Below, piece after piece: positions 1 to 9,100 of a stretch of DNA of 32,016 nucleotides. Each line of letters opens with the position of its first letter. The stretch's first letter is position 1. The stretch is from the IMG/VR virus record IMGVR_UViG_3300006920_000143, positions 1 to 32,016 of that record. One strand, given 5' to 3'. The notes under the pieces were generated by a model that saw nothing but the letters and a program-made list of their open reading frames with translations, was not told where the DNA came from and ran no database searches. Source of the stretch: a virus. Lineage: Duplodnaviria > Caudoviricetes. Both the position numbers and the translations under genes were made by a program.

Positions 1-576
1 GCTGCTCTTGCGCCAGATTTAGCAGCAGCTGAAAAGGCTAAGGTTAAGGCTCTTATGGACTCCGGCTTATCTGAAGATAAAGCCAAACTTGAAGCGGCTG
101 ATTGGGCAGCCGGCCAACAGAACCGTCTTACTAAAGCAGCCGAGGGAATTAAAGCCAAGAAAACCGAAGCCGAGAGTTTTGCCGGTGATGCGGGTTATCT
201 TAAAAATGTTTCTGCTATGGACGTGGCCGGTAAAGCGGGTGAAATCGCGGTTGCTGAAAAACGTAATATCTTTAGAAACCAAGGCGGTGGCGGCGACAAA
301 GCCAGTGTTGTTCGGCGTGTGATGACGGACGCGGACGGTAATGCCGTTGCAATTATGAGTGACGGTAGCAAAAAAGACCTTGGCATGAAGGGTTCTGATT
401 ACGATAAAAAGATTGCCGACATCCAGTTGAAGATGGAAAAAGAAGACCCGAAGTTTGCCAAGAAGCCGGCTGCTGAGAAGCGTGCTATTGCTGAGCAGGT
501 GCTTACTGGTAAAGTTCCTTCGTCTGCTGGTCCGGTTAAAAAGGCGTTGCCAATCACTTCTTTCGATTCAAAGTAA
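1..576 (+). CDS. Putative internal virion/ejection protein, 5' truncated
   Basis: Frame open from base 1 to TAA at 574-576; Ala/Lys/Gly-rich; directly upstream of the giant virion protein genes. Function inferred from position. Confidence 0.6.
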   Translation, partial: AALAPDLAAAEKAKVKALMDSGLSEDKAKLEAADWAAGQQNRLTKAAEGIKAKKTEAESFAGDAGYLKNVSAMDVAGKAGEIAVAEKRNIFRNQGGGGDKASVVRRVMTDADGNAVAIMSDGSKKDLGMKGSDYDKKIADIQLKMEKEDPKFAKKPAAEKRAIAEQVLTGKVPSSAGPVKKALPITSFDSK

Positions 577-585
577 GGACACGGC

Positions 586-3500
586 ATGGCGTTTAACGTC
601 GAAGGTGCATTAAAAGCTGGTTATAGCCGCGCAGAGATTGCGGACTATCTTGCGTCAAAGAATAAATTTGATGCAACGTCAGCACGTAAAGCCGGTTATT
701 CAGACGATGAGATCGTCGCGCATTTGACTAGCGCAGCTGCGCCTGCGCCTAACAAACCAGCCGAGCCTACTACCTTCGAAGGCAAGGTAGACAAGGACGC
801 CGACAAGCCGGGGTTGATTGAGAGTGCTGCCAAAGTAATCAAAGACGTCTTTACGCCAAGCTCCGGCAGCGTGATGGACAACGCGCCCCCGGTTAACCAG
901 CAGGCAGAGATTGATAAGCGACTAGCTTTAGGTCAAGGTCCTATCAGCCCCGAAGCTGTCACCGAAGCGCAAAACATCAGAGAAGGCAAAGCACCCCGCG
1001 TAGTTACGCCCGGTGTTGGCCGAGTAGTCTCTGCTCTTAACAAGCAACGCGCACCGACAGTGAAGAGTGTGGTTTCCGAAGTTGAGCCTTACATAGATAG
1101 CGATTATCAAACTGGCGAATTCGTCGGCGACGTAAGCAAACAGTTCGGTGGCGCAATTGTAGGCGGTACTTTAAAAACCCCTAGCGGAATTGAAACAGGA
1201 CTTCGAGGTCTTGTTCGGAATGTTTTATCCGGGGACGCGTTTGCCGCTACTCCAGCTGGTCGTTTAATTACTACTGCCCAAACTGCTTTAGCTGACGCTT
1301 TTGGTTTACGAAGCGTAGCTGAACAAACTGCAGATAAAGAAGCGGCTAAAGTTACGATTGATCGCGCTTTGTCTGGCGTCCCGGCTATTCCGGGTACTGC
1401 TGAATTAGCGCAGTATGGCGACCGCGTTCAAAAAGATATTCAAGACAGCCTTTCTATAACAGGTAAAAAGATAATTGCTGGGTCTACGCCGTCCGGCAAT
1501 ATTTTTAAAGGTGAATTAAGTTTTGGTGATGATCCAACCTTATCTGGATACGCTCTTCAAGCTTCCAGTGTGTTGGGTTCTTTAGCACCCGTTATCGCTA
1601 CTATCGTGGCCACGAGAAGCCCAACAGCCGCCGCTGGAGTTGGCGGTGGTATGGCTGCCGGTGAAGCAGCAGACGCCGCAAGAACTTACATAAGCAAATT
1701 AACTGACGCTCAATTACAAGAAGCCAGTCCTTATTATCAGACGTTAATCAAACGAAACGTATCGCCGCAAGAAGCCCGAACAATCGTAACGGATAAAGCA
1801 GCCGAGAACGGCGCAATGTTGCAGGGTATGGTTGCTGCTGTAGGCGACCGTATTACTGGTAAGTTTTTGACCGGGGCTTATAACGATATCCTAAACCGTG
1901 TTGGCGGCAAAACAGCTTTAGGTAGGGTTGGTATAGCTGCTCCCGCTGCAGCAGTTGAACAAGGTACTCAGGAACTTTTTGAGGGTTTAGCTTCTGATAT
2001 TGGTATTCGCTCACAAATTGTTAATAAAGAAATTGGCGAAGATTCCGCTGCAAATTTAATTCTTGGTGCTTTGGGCGGTGTTGGCCCCGGGGCTTATCAA
2101 GGCGTTAGAACTAAAACCCAGCTCACACCTGAGCAAGAGATTGCACGGACGATTGACCAAAGCGTTGCTGGTGCTCAGCCCGCCGGTACACGCCAAGCAG
2201 CTGTTGCTGCTCTGAACCCGCAAACCTACGACCAGACACTGATCAGCTTAGAGCAGGCTACGGCTGCCAAGACGGCCGCCAGTGAGGCTCGGACGGTTCT
2301 TTTGGAGCAGGACAAGCAAGCGGCTACCGCGTCGCTCCAGCAAGCCGCTACGGCCTCTGACGCGATTGCCGCAGCTGAGCAGCTGGCTGGCGACGCTAAC
2401 GACATCCTTGGACCTACGCCGGCGCCTGTCCTCAACATGGGTCGTATTGAGCCAACGCTTGGACCTGTGGCGGAAATACAACAGATTCCGGGGCGTATCG
2501 AGCCTACAATGGAAGCCTCGGTTTTACCTGTGCCAAGCCTTGAGACCGAACAGAGATTCGGTCTTGATAAATTGCGGCTGGCACCAACCACGGAAGCCCC
2601 AAGTGTCGAAGACAATTTCATCTCAATCCCGGAAGCTGAACCGGCCGCAGTGCCTAACTTACCTGCTGCGCAAGCAGACAGAGAAGTTGTCGCCACAGAA
2701 GCAAGAACAGCTGCGCAACAGTCTCTTGAAAGATGGGCTGCCGCTAATAACGTAGAAGTACCTGCGCAGCTAAACCCTGCACCTGACGCAGAGACTGCCG
2801 AAATTAATGCTGTTGCGGACGCATTGGACAGCCAGTTCGGCGGTAAGCTGTACGCGTTTCATGACACCAGTCCGACGGCGTTGAACGGTCTTGCACTTGG
2901 CGGCAGAGCTTTTGTCAACACCGCGAACGTGGACATCAACGTAACCCGGACATCGCTCCACGAGTTCAAGCACAGAGTCGAACAAATTGCATTAGCTGAA
3001 GCCCGCCAAGGTCTAACTGACACGCCGGCTCAGCGGTTCGTCGCGGCAATAGATTCGCTCTATGACGACAACCTAACCGAGAAGGGCAAGCGTGCCTATC
3101 TCGAGAAGTTTCTGGCTAAGGCTGAGCTGGCAGGTATCACTGACCCGGCTGCACGCGAAGCGCGTATTCAGGAGCTGATAGCCGACCCGGTAACTCGGTC
3201 AGAGATGACCGCCGACTTCCTTGGCAACCGTGCCGTTGACAAGCAATTCTGGGCTGATGTAGAGCAAGCTGACCCGGAAGGGTTCAAAGGTTTCGTCGAG
3301 AAGTGGCTAAGTATTATCGACAACCTGATGGCCACCTTGCGCGGCAAAGCTACGCAGGGACGTGGCCAGTCGGCTAAAGTCGATGCTTACATGCGTGATC
3401 TGGTCAAGGCCAAGATGGTTGCACGCGAGGCGCTTATCGCGTATCGTAAGGATCGAACTCAAGGAGAACAACGTGAAACAAATATCCCCGCCGGAGCTGA

Positions 3501-5697
3501 AGGCGTACAGCAAGCTGCAGAACGAGGTGGACCAGTACCTGCAAAAAGTAGGCGCGGTGAGCTCCCAAGCTACGGAGAGCCAATCGAAGGCGCAATCTCA
3601 GTCGTCGGCCGGCACTACTCGCCCAGAGTCCAAACTTCGTTAAGCGGTAACTACTACGGCACGGGTATCCGTGGCGCAGAGGCAGGCCGCCTACGTCAGA
3701 GCACTGACTCGCGGATTGGTAACCGCATCTATTTCTATGTGGACACAGGCAAGGGCATTCGCCCTGAGAGCGGCGTAGGCCGCTTTGCTCACGAGGTCCG
3801 ACTCAACAACATCTACGATCCGGCAACCCGCCTGATCCCTTCCCAGCCTAACGCTAATGCTTTCGAGTCGGCAGTCATTGACGCCGGGTTTGATGGCTAC
3901 ATTGCGCCATTCGGCAACGGCGGTGCTGTCGTTTTGCTAGGCAATAAGCACGACGCCGTGCCGGTCCAGTCTTTGGAAGAAGCACCAGCGTTTGCTAAGC
4001 GGCAGAAAGCCGAAGAAAAAACAATTGAGCCGGAGAAAGATTTAGGCACCTTCCGTTCAGTAGCGGATTCGCTAGGGTTGTCTGAGGCTGAATACAAAGC
4101 TACCGCTTTGGGTTTGATGACTGGCAAGACGAAGAGCGAAGCTTTTGAAACGCCTTTCGTCGGCGGCATCCCTCCGGTAGTTGAGTGGCTGGACAAACGC
4201 TATCGCGATGCAGGCATGTCTTCCCTTGATTTAAACAAGCCTGAAGACCGCACAACCGTAGCCAAGATGATGGCGGCTGAAGCAATCGCCGCGATCAAGA
4301 GCGCAGGCAATGCGGTCGAATGGTACGACGAGACTGTGAGAAGAACGCTGAGCACTATGGCGGTCAAGTATCCGGAATTGAACACGGATCAAAATGCTCG
4401 GAACGCATTCCTGATAGCTACCGCGATATCGTCCCAGACGATGAACGTGGAAGACAATCTGCGGTATGCCTCAAATCAATACGAGGCTTTCCGTAAGACC
4501 GGGAAGTTCCCTGAAGTAGGCACCGGTAAGTCTGCTCCAGCTATGGGTAAGAACTTTGCTCTAGCTAACAGCCTGCTCGAAGAGATGGGACCGGACCTGC
4601 TTCGCCGATTCTTGCAAACGGAATTTACCAAGCGCGAACTTGAAAGCATAGGCTTTAAGATTAGCGGCGAGTCGATGAACGAGAAGATGCTTGGCTCGGC
4701 AGTGTTTGGTCCCAAGATTGGTTTCGGTTTCTACAGTAACCTGTCAGGTAATTTCGAGCCGGTAACTATGGACATGTGGTTCATGCGAACCATTGGCCGT
4801 TTGACTGGTAAGTTGCCGGCGTTTGATGAAAAGCTTTTTGCTAAGCAAGTAGCCAACCTTCGCAGTGCTATTGCAGAGAAGGGCGATTCTAGTAGGGGGC
4901 TGTTTGCTGCCGACTTCGACCAAGCTTTAGTAGATGAAGCGATGAAGTCGGACGACGGCGCTATCGCTTTGGCTCGAGCTGTAAACAGTTTGCACAACAG
5001 GCAGTTTATAAAAGAGCGTGCCAAGTTTGATTCAAAAGAAAGATACAAAACAAATCTTGTCGGAGCAGCCGGTACTATTTTAAAATCGGCAGACAAGCCA
5101 AAGGATTCACCGGGCGGAGGCGGCGAACGCCAACGCCTGCGAGACGTGGTCCGCCAAATGGTAGCACTGGTGGAACAGCAGACCGGCAAGCGCGTACCAC
5201 CCGCTGCTTTGCAAGCTTTGATCTGGTACCCAGAACAAGAGCTTTATAAAAAGCTGGGTGTTAAACTACGTGTTACTAGCCAAGACTACGCCGGAGCGGC
5301 GAAGTCGCTTTTGACAAAAGAGGGTTTCGATGGAAAACGAATTAGCGCAGCAGCCGAATCTGGATCAGGACCAGCACGACAAATGGCTGGCGGCAAAGTC
5401 GCCGGACCAGCTGCAAAGGCTGGCGCAAAGGGTGAAAGCACTGGCCCTCTCAAAGGAAAAGAGCGGGAAGCTTTCGTCGGGCCGCGTGTTGCCGAAAAAT
5501 TAGCACAAGAAGCTAAAGCTAAACCCTTAACCGAATTGTTTGCCGGCCTAAACAAACGTGGTCTTGCCAAGACCCGCGCTGAGGCCGCCGTTAAAGCACG
5601 TCCCGATGCTGCGCAAATTAACTATGTGCAGGACAACTTCCTTGATATCCTGTCCGAGTTGGAAGACTCCGGCGCGGTTTCGATCAACTGTGATTGA
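586..5697 (+). CDS. Large polyvalent virion/ejection protein (1703 aa) with zincin-like HExxH, ART-like and HhH-glycosylase-like domains
   Basis: RBS AAGGA at 575-579. N-terminal tandem AGYSxxEI motif, Gly/Ala-rich helical region, HEFKH (2959-2973) with downstream EMTADFLG, RHYS..YFY..GFDGY domain (~3560-3980), and WYD..GPKIG..NL.GNFEPVTMDMWFMR..QALIW domain (~4300-5250). Confidence 0.75.
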   Translation: MAFNVEGALKAGYSRAEIADYLASKNKFDATSARKAGYSDDEIVAHLTSAAAPAPNKPAEPTTFEGKVDKDADKPGLIESAAKVIKDVFTPSSGSVMDNAPPVNQQAEIDKRLALGQGPISPEAVTEAQNIREGKAPRVVTPGVGRVVSALNKQRAPTVKSVVSEVEPYIDSDYQTGEFVGDVSKQFGGAIVGGTLKTPSGIETGLRGLVRNVLSGDAFAATPAGRLITTAQTALADAFGLRSVAEQTADKEAAKVTIDRALSGVPAIPGTAELAQYGDRVQKDIQDSLSITGKKIIAGSTPSGNIFKGELSFGDDPTLSGYALQASSVLGSLAPVIATIVATRSPTAAAGVGGGMAAGEAADAARTYISKLTDAQLQEASPYYQTLIKRNVSPQEARTIVTDKAAENGAMLQGMVAAVGDRITGKFLTGAYNDILNRVGGKTALGRVGIAAPAAAVEQGTQELFEGLASDIGIRSQIVNKEIGEDSAANLILGALGGVGPGAYQGVRTKTQLTPEQEIARTIDQSVAGAQPAGTRQAAVAALNPQTYDQTLISLEQATAAKTAASEARTVLLEQDKQAATASLQQAATASDAIAAAEQLAGDANDILGPTPAPVLNMGRIEPTLGPVAEIQQIPGRIEPTMEASVLPVPSLETEQRFGLDKLRLAPTTEAPSVEDNFISIPEAEPAAVPNLPAAQADREVVATEARTAAQQSLERWAAANNVEVPAQLNPAPDAETAEINAVADALDSQFGGKLYAFHDTSPTALNGLALGGRAFVNTANVDINVTRTSLHEFKHRVEQIALAEARQGLTDTPAQRFVAAIDSLYDDNLTEKGKRAYLEKFLAKAELAGITDPAAREARIQELIADPVTRSEMTADFLGNRAVDKQFWADVEQADPEGFKGFVEKWLSIIDNLMATLRGKATQGRGQSAKVDAYMRDLVKAKMVAREALIAYRKDRTQGEQRETNIPAGAEGVQQAAERGGPVPAKSRRGELPSYGEPIEGAISVVGRHYSPRVQTSLSGNYYGTGIRGAEAGRLRQSTDSRIGNRIYFYVDTGKGIRPESGVGRFAHEVRLNNIYDPATRLIPSQPNANAFESAVIDAGFDGYIAPFGNGGAVVLLGNKHDAVPVQSLEEAPAFAKRQKAEEKTIEPEKDLGTFRSVADSLGLSEAEYKATALGLMTGKTKSEAFETPFVGGIPPVVEWLDKRYRDAGMSSLDLNKPEDRTTVAKMMAAEAIAAIKSAGNAVEWYDETVRRTLSTMAVKYPELNTDQNARNAFLIATAISSQTMNVEDNLRYASNQYEAFRKTGKFPEVGTGKSAPAMGKNFALANSLLEEMGPDLLRRFLQTEFTKRELESIGFKISGESMNEKMLGSAVFGPKIGFGFYSNLSGNFEPVTMDMWFMRTIGRLTGKLPAFDEKLFAKQVANLRSAIAEKGDSSRGLFAADFDQALVDEAMKSDDGAIALARAVNSLHNRQFIKERAKFDSKERYKTNLVGAAGTILKSADKPKDSPGGGGERQRLRDVVRQMVALVEQQTGKRVPPAALQALIWYPEQELYKKLGVKLRVTSQDYAGAAKSLLTKEGFDGKRISAAAESGSGPARQMAGGKVAGPAAKAGAKGESTGPLKGKEREAFVGPRVAEKLAQEAKAKPLTELFAGLNKRGLAKTRAEAAVKARPDAAQINYVQDNFLDILSELEDSGAVSINCD

Positions 5698-5705
5698 GGT
5701 TTAAT

Positions 5706-6197
5706 ATGACACCCAAAATGATTATCGATAGCAGCCTCAAGGCTTTGATTGATGACGCCATTCATTCGGAGCTTTACGCTTCGAACCTGTACAAGCACAT
5801 CGCTAACCAGCTGCAACGCATCGGCTACTTTGGCGCACAGAAATTCTTTGCCGCCGAAAGCGCAGCCGAGTTGGCGCACTACCAGCTTCATGTGCAGTTT
5901 CTGAATGACGTCGGTGGTGTGGCCAAGGTGCCTGCCATCGAGGCAATGAATGAGCCTATCAATACCCTGAGCGACGCGGTCGAACTAGGGTACGAGACCG
6001 AGCTGCAATTGTATGAAGATTACATGGACTGGTACAAGCAAGCCGATTCTGACCCGGTGGTCCAGCAATTCTTGCTTCAGTTCCTCGAGATTCAGCGCAC
6101 CAGTGTTGGCGAGTATGGCGATCTCTTAGCCCGCATCCAGCTTGTAGATCAAGACAAGGCTGGAATGTTGCTAATCGATCAGGAGATGGGCGGCTGA
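5706..6197 (+). CDS. ftn: Non-heme ferritin-like protein (163 aa)
   Basis: GAGGT RBS at 5696-5700 favours ATG 5706 over the TTG start in the track. ELYASNLY..G..G...FF..E...EL.H..YETE..FL..Q...L..ID.E aligns by eye with E. coli FtnA. Confidence 0.85.
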   Translation: MTPKMIIDSSLKALIDDAIHSELYASNLYKHIANQLQRIGYFGAQKFFAAESAAELAHYQLHVQFLNDVGGVAKVPAIEAMNEPINTLSDAVELGYETELQLYEDYMDWYKQADSDPVVQQFLLQFLEIQRTSVGEYGDLLARIQLVDQDKAGMLLIDQEMGG

Positions 6198-6198
6198 G

Positions 6199-9100
6199 AT
6201 GACTTGTACCTACACCTTTAAACGCAAGGATGGATCGACTGAAAAGATTGTTGGCCAGCCTGCGCTTAAAGCGTTTCTGGTCAAGGGCGGTCTCGCTGAA
6301 TTCCTACCTGCTCGAGAGCTGCCGGCGTTTAGTAAACGCCAAACAGAGACACCGGAATTCAAACGGTTCTTTAAAGACAGCAAAGTAGTGGATGGGAACG
6401 GCGAGCCGTTGGTGGTGTATCGAGGAACCCGTACTAACGTATCGAAATTTGATACAACTAATGGCGTTTATTTTACTGAGAATACAAGAGCAGCAAATAT
6501 TTATGCCGGAGAATCTGAAGGCGCAAATGTTATTCCTGCGTATTTGAATATTGCAAACCCGTATACTGCAAAAGACTATGGTGACATAGGCGTTTTTACT
6601 AAAGATAAAATTCAACGTCTAAAAAAAGAAGGTTTTGATGGCGCAGTTTTTACGCAAACTCAAGAAGACGGAACGCCGTACACTGAATACGTAGTATTCG
6701 AGCCGACTCAAATTAGATCAGCCACTAGCCCAGACATCCGATATCAACGTCGTGAAGGCGACATCGGCGACGCCTTGCAAGACCGCGTCGATAACGACTT
6801 CGATGCGTTGGCCGAAGAGTACAACAACCTCAAGGGCACAGACGGCGGTAAGGTGCTGGACGCTGACATCGCTCGTGAGCTGTCGCCAGAGTACCGCGCA
6901 GATCGTTCGCGTGCAGCAGAGGTGCATGAGGCCGTAGGTAATTTCATTGACAAGCTTTACGCAAAACGCGTTGAAGAGATTGGCCCGAACGGAGTCGTAG
7001 CATTCATGGCTGGCGGCGGCGGGGCTGGTAAGTCTAGCGTGCAGAAGTTCTTAGGCGACCGCCTTAATGCAGCGGACATTGTCTACGACGGCACCATGTC
7101 CAGCTACGACAGCGCAAAGAGGCGTGTCCAGTTGGCGCTCGACGCCGGTCATGGCGTGCTCATCTCCTACGTCTACCGCGACCCAGCAGAGGCCGTAAAG
7201 AACGGCGTATTCCCAAGAGCAATGAAGACCGGGCGCACAGTCCCAGTCGCTGCCTTAGTCAAAGGGCATGCCGGTTCCAGTGAAGCCATCCGCAAGTTGC
7301 AGGAAACTTTCGGCGACGACCCGGCTTTCGAGATTGTTGCAATTGATAATTCCCGTGGCCCAGATGGAGCAGAAGTTGCGCCACTTGCAAGTATCCCTCG
7401 TGTTAAGGTAGAGGGGTTGAAAGAGAGGTTAATAGATGTCACCAATGAAGAGTACGAAGCCGGCCGAATCAGCGGCATCATCAGCAGAACCACGCTCGAA
7501 GGCTACACGCCCGGTCCCGGAAGCACTGCGACTAAAGCTGCACCGACTGAAGGCCGGCGTAGAGAAGGCGTTCAAAGGCGGCGCGAGCTTGGCGGAGAGC
7601 GAGACACCGTAAGCTTTAGCCAGCGCGGCAAAGAGACCGAAGGCTGGATTCTTAGCCGTGATGAGCTTGGCCGCTTCCGTTTCGGTGCAGGTGCGAAGGC
7701 ATACAATCTGGCCGCTAATGTAGCCAATAATGTTCTCGACCGTATCGGCTTGAAGCCAGTGAGTCCTGAGCTTAGCCGTGCAATGCGCAAGATGAAAGCC
7801 GAAGTCGAACGCGCTCAGAGGCTGACCGTTGACGTGGCCAGCAAGATGAAAGACCTGCCAGAGCAAGAGCGGAAGATGATCAGTGACATCATCGAAGGCG
7901 AGCTCAAGCGCGGATCAAAGCCAGCCAAGCATGTGCTCGAGCTGGCCGCATCAATCCAATCAATTATGTCAGAGCAGTCCGCTGAGCTTGTCCGTCTGGG
8001 CATGCTATCACCCGGCGCCGCTGGTCGTTGGGACGGTAAGTACCTCCCACGTTTCTACGAGCAAAAGCTTGGCGATGAAGTCAAGTCATGGGCAAAGGCC
8101 GCTAAGGCTTTGTTCGGCCGGCAGAAAACGATGCAGGGTATTGGCGGCTCCAGTCTGAAGTCTCGAGGTATGTTTGAGAACGTGCCGGTCGAGGACCTGC
8201 AAGACTGGCTAGATGAAGGCTGGGAAGTTCGGGATGAGGCATACGACCCGGCGACCGACGAGGTGGTCACAGTCTGGCGCGATTACACGCGCAAAGAGCG
8301 TGATGACATGGGCGAGATTCGGGACGCAATGTTCCGCTTCGTGATGGGCTACAACAAGTCGCAGCGAGACATCGCTCTTGGCCGCCTGTACGAGAACCTT
8401 GCCAAAGACTACGCCAGTAAGAAAGAGCAACCGGGTTACATCCAAGTGCCGACGACTAAGGTCGAAGACACGATGGCCCGTAGATATGGGAAGCTGGCCG
8501 GTAAGTGGGTGCCGGCTGAGATCATGGACCACCTGTCAGGCTTTGACAACAGTCAACAATCAGAGCTGATCAAGATGTACCTCAAAGGCTTGTCGATGTG
8601 GAAGGAAGGCAAGACCGTCCTGAATCCTGTATCACACGCGAACAACGTCCTGTCCAACTTGACGATGGCGCACTTTGCCGGAGTCTCATATTGGGACATC
8701 GGTAAATACGCAGGCGCAATCCGTGACTTGGTTAAGAACGATCCGATGGTCGATGAGGCTTTAGACGCTGGCCTATTCGGCGGCACGTTTAATCGCGCAG
8801 AACTTCTGAACGAGATGCCTGAGCAGCTGAAAGCTTTGGCTCAGGTCAGCGAGTCAAGACTCAAGCGAGGTGTCGATACAGTTTGGAACGCAATGTCGTG
8901 GTTTGTTCGTAAGCCAGCGGCCAAAGCTTACCAAGCTGAGGATACTTTCTTCCGCTATCTGATTTACCGCGATGCTCGCAAGCGCGGAATTAGCGTCGAT
9001 GATTCGGTTGAATTCTCGCAGCAATTCCTGTTCACTTACGACGACATGCCGAAGACCGCTCGAGCTTTGCGCGACTTCGCTTTGCCGTTCTTTGCGTACA

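Noticed and set aside
2440-2508. Duplicated GRIEPT peptide in the giant protein
   Set aside because: Real but only two copies in a low-complexity linker; no function can be supported.
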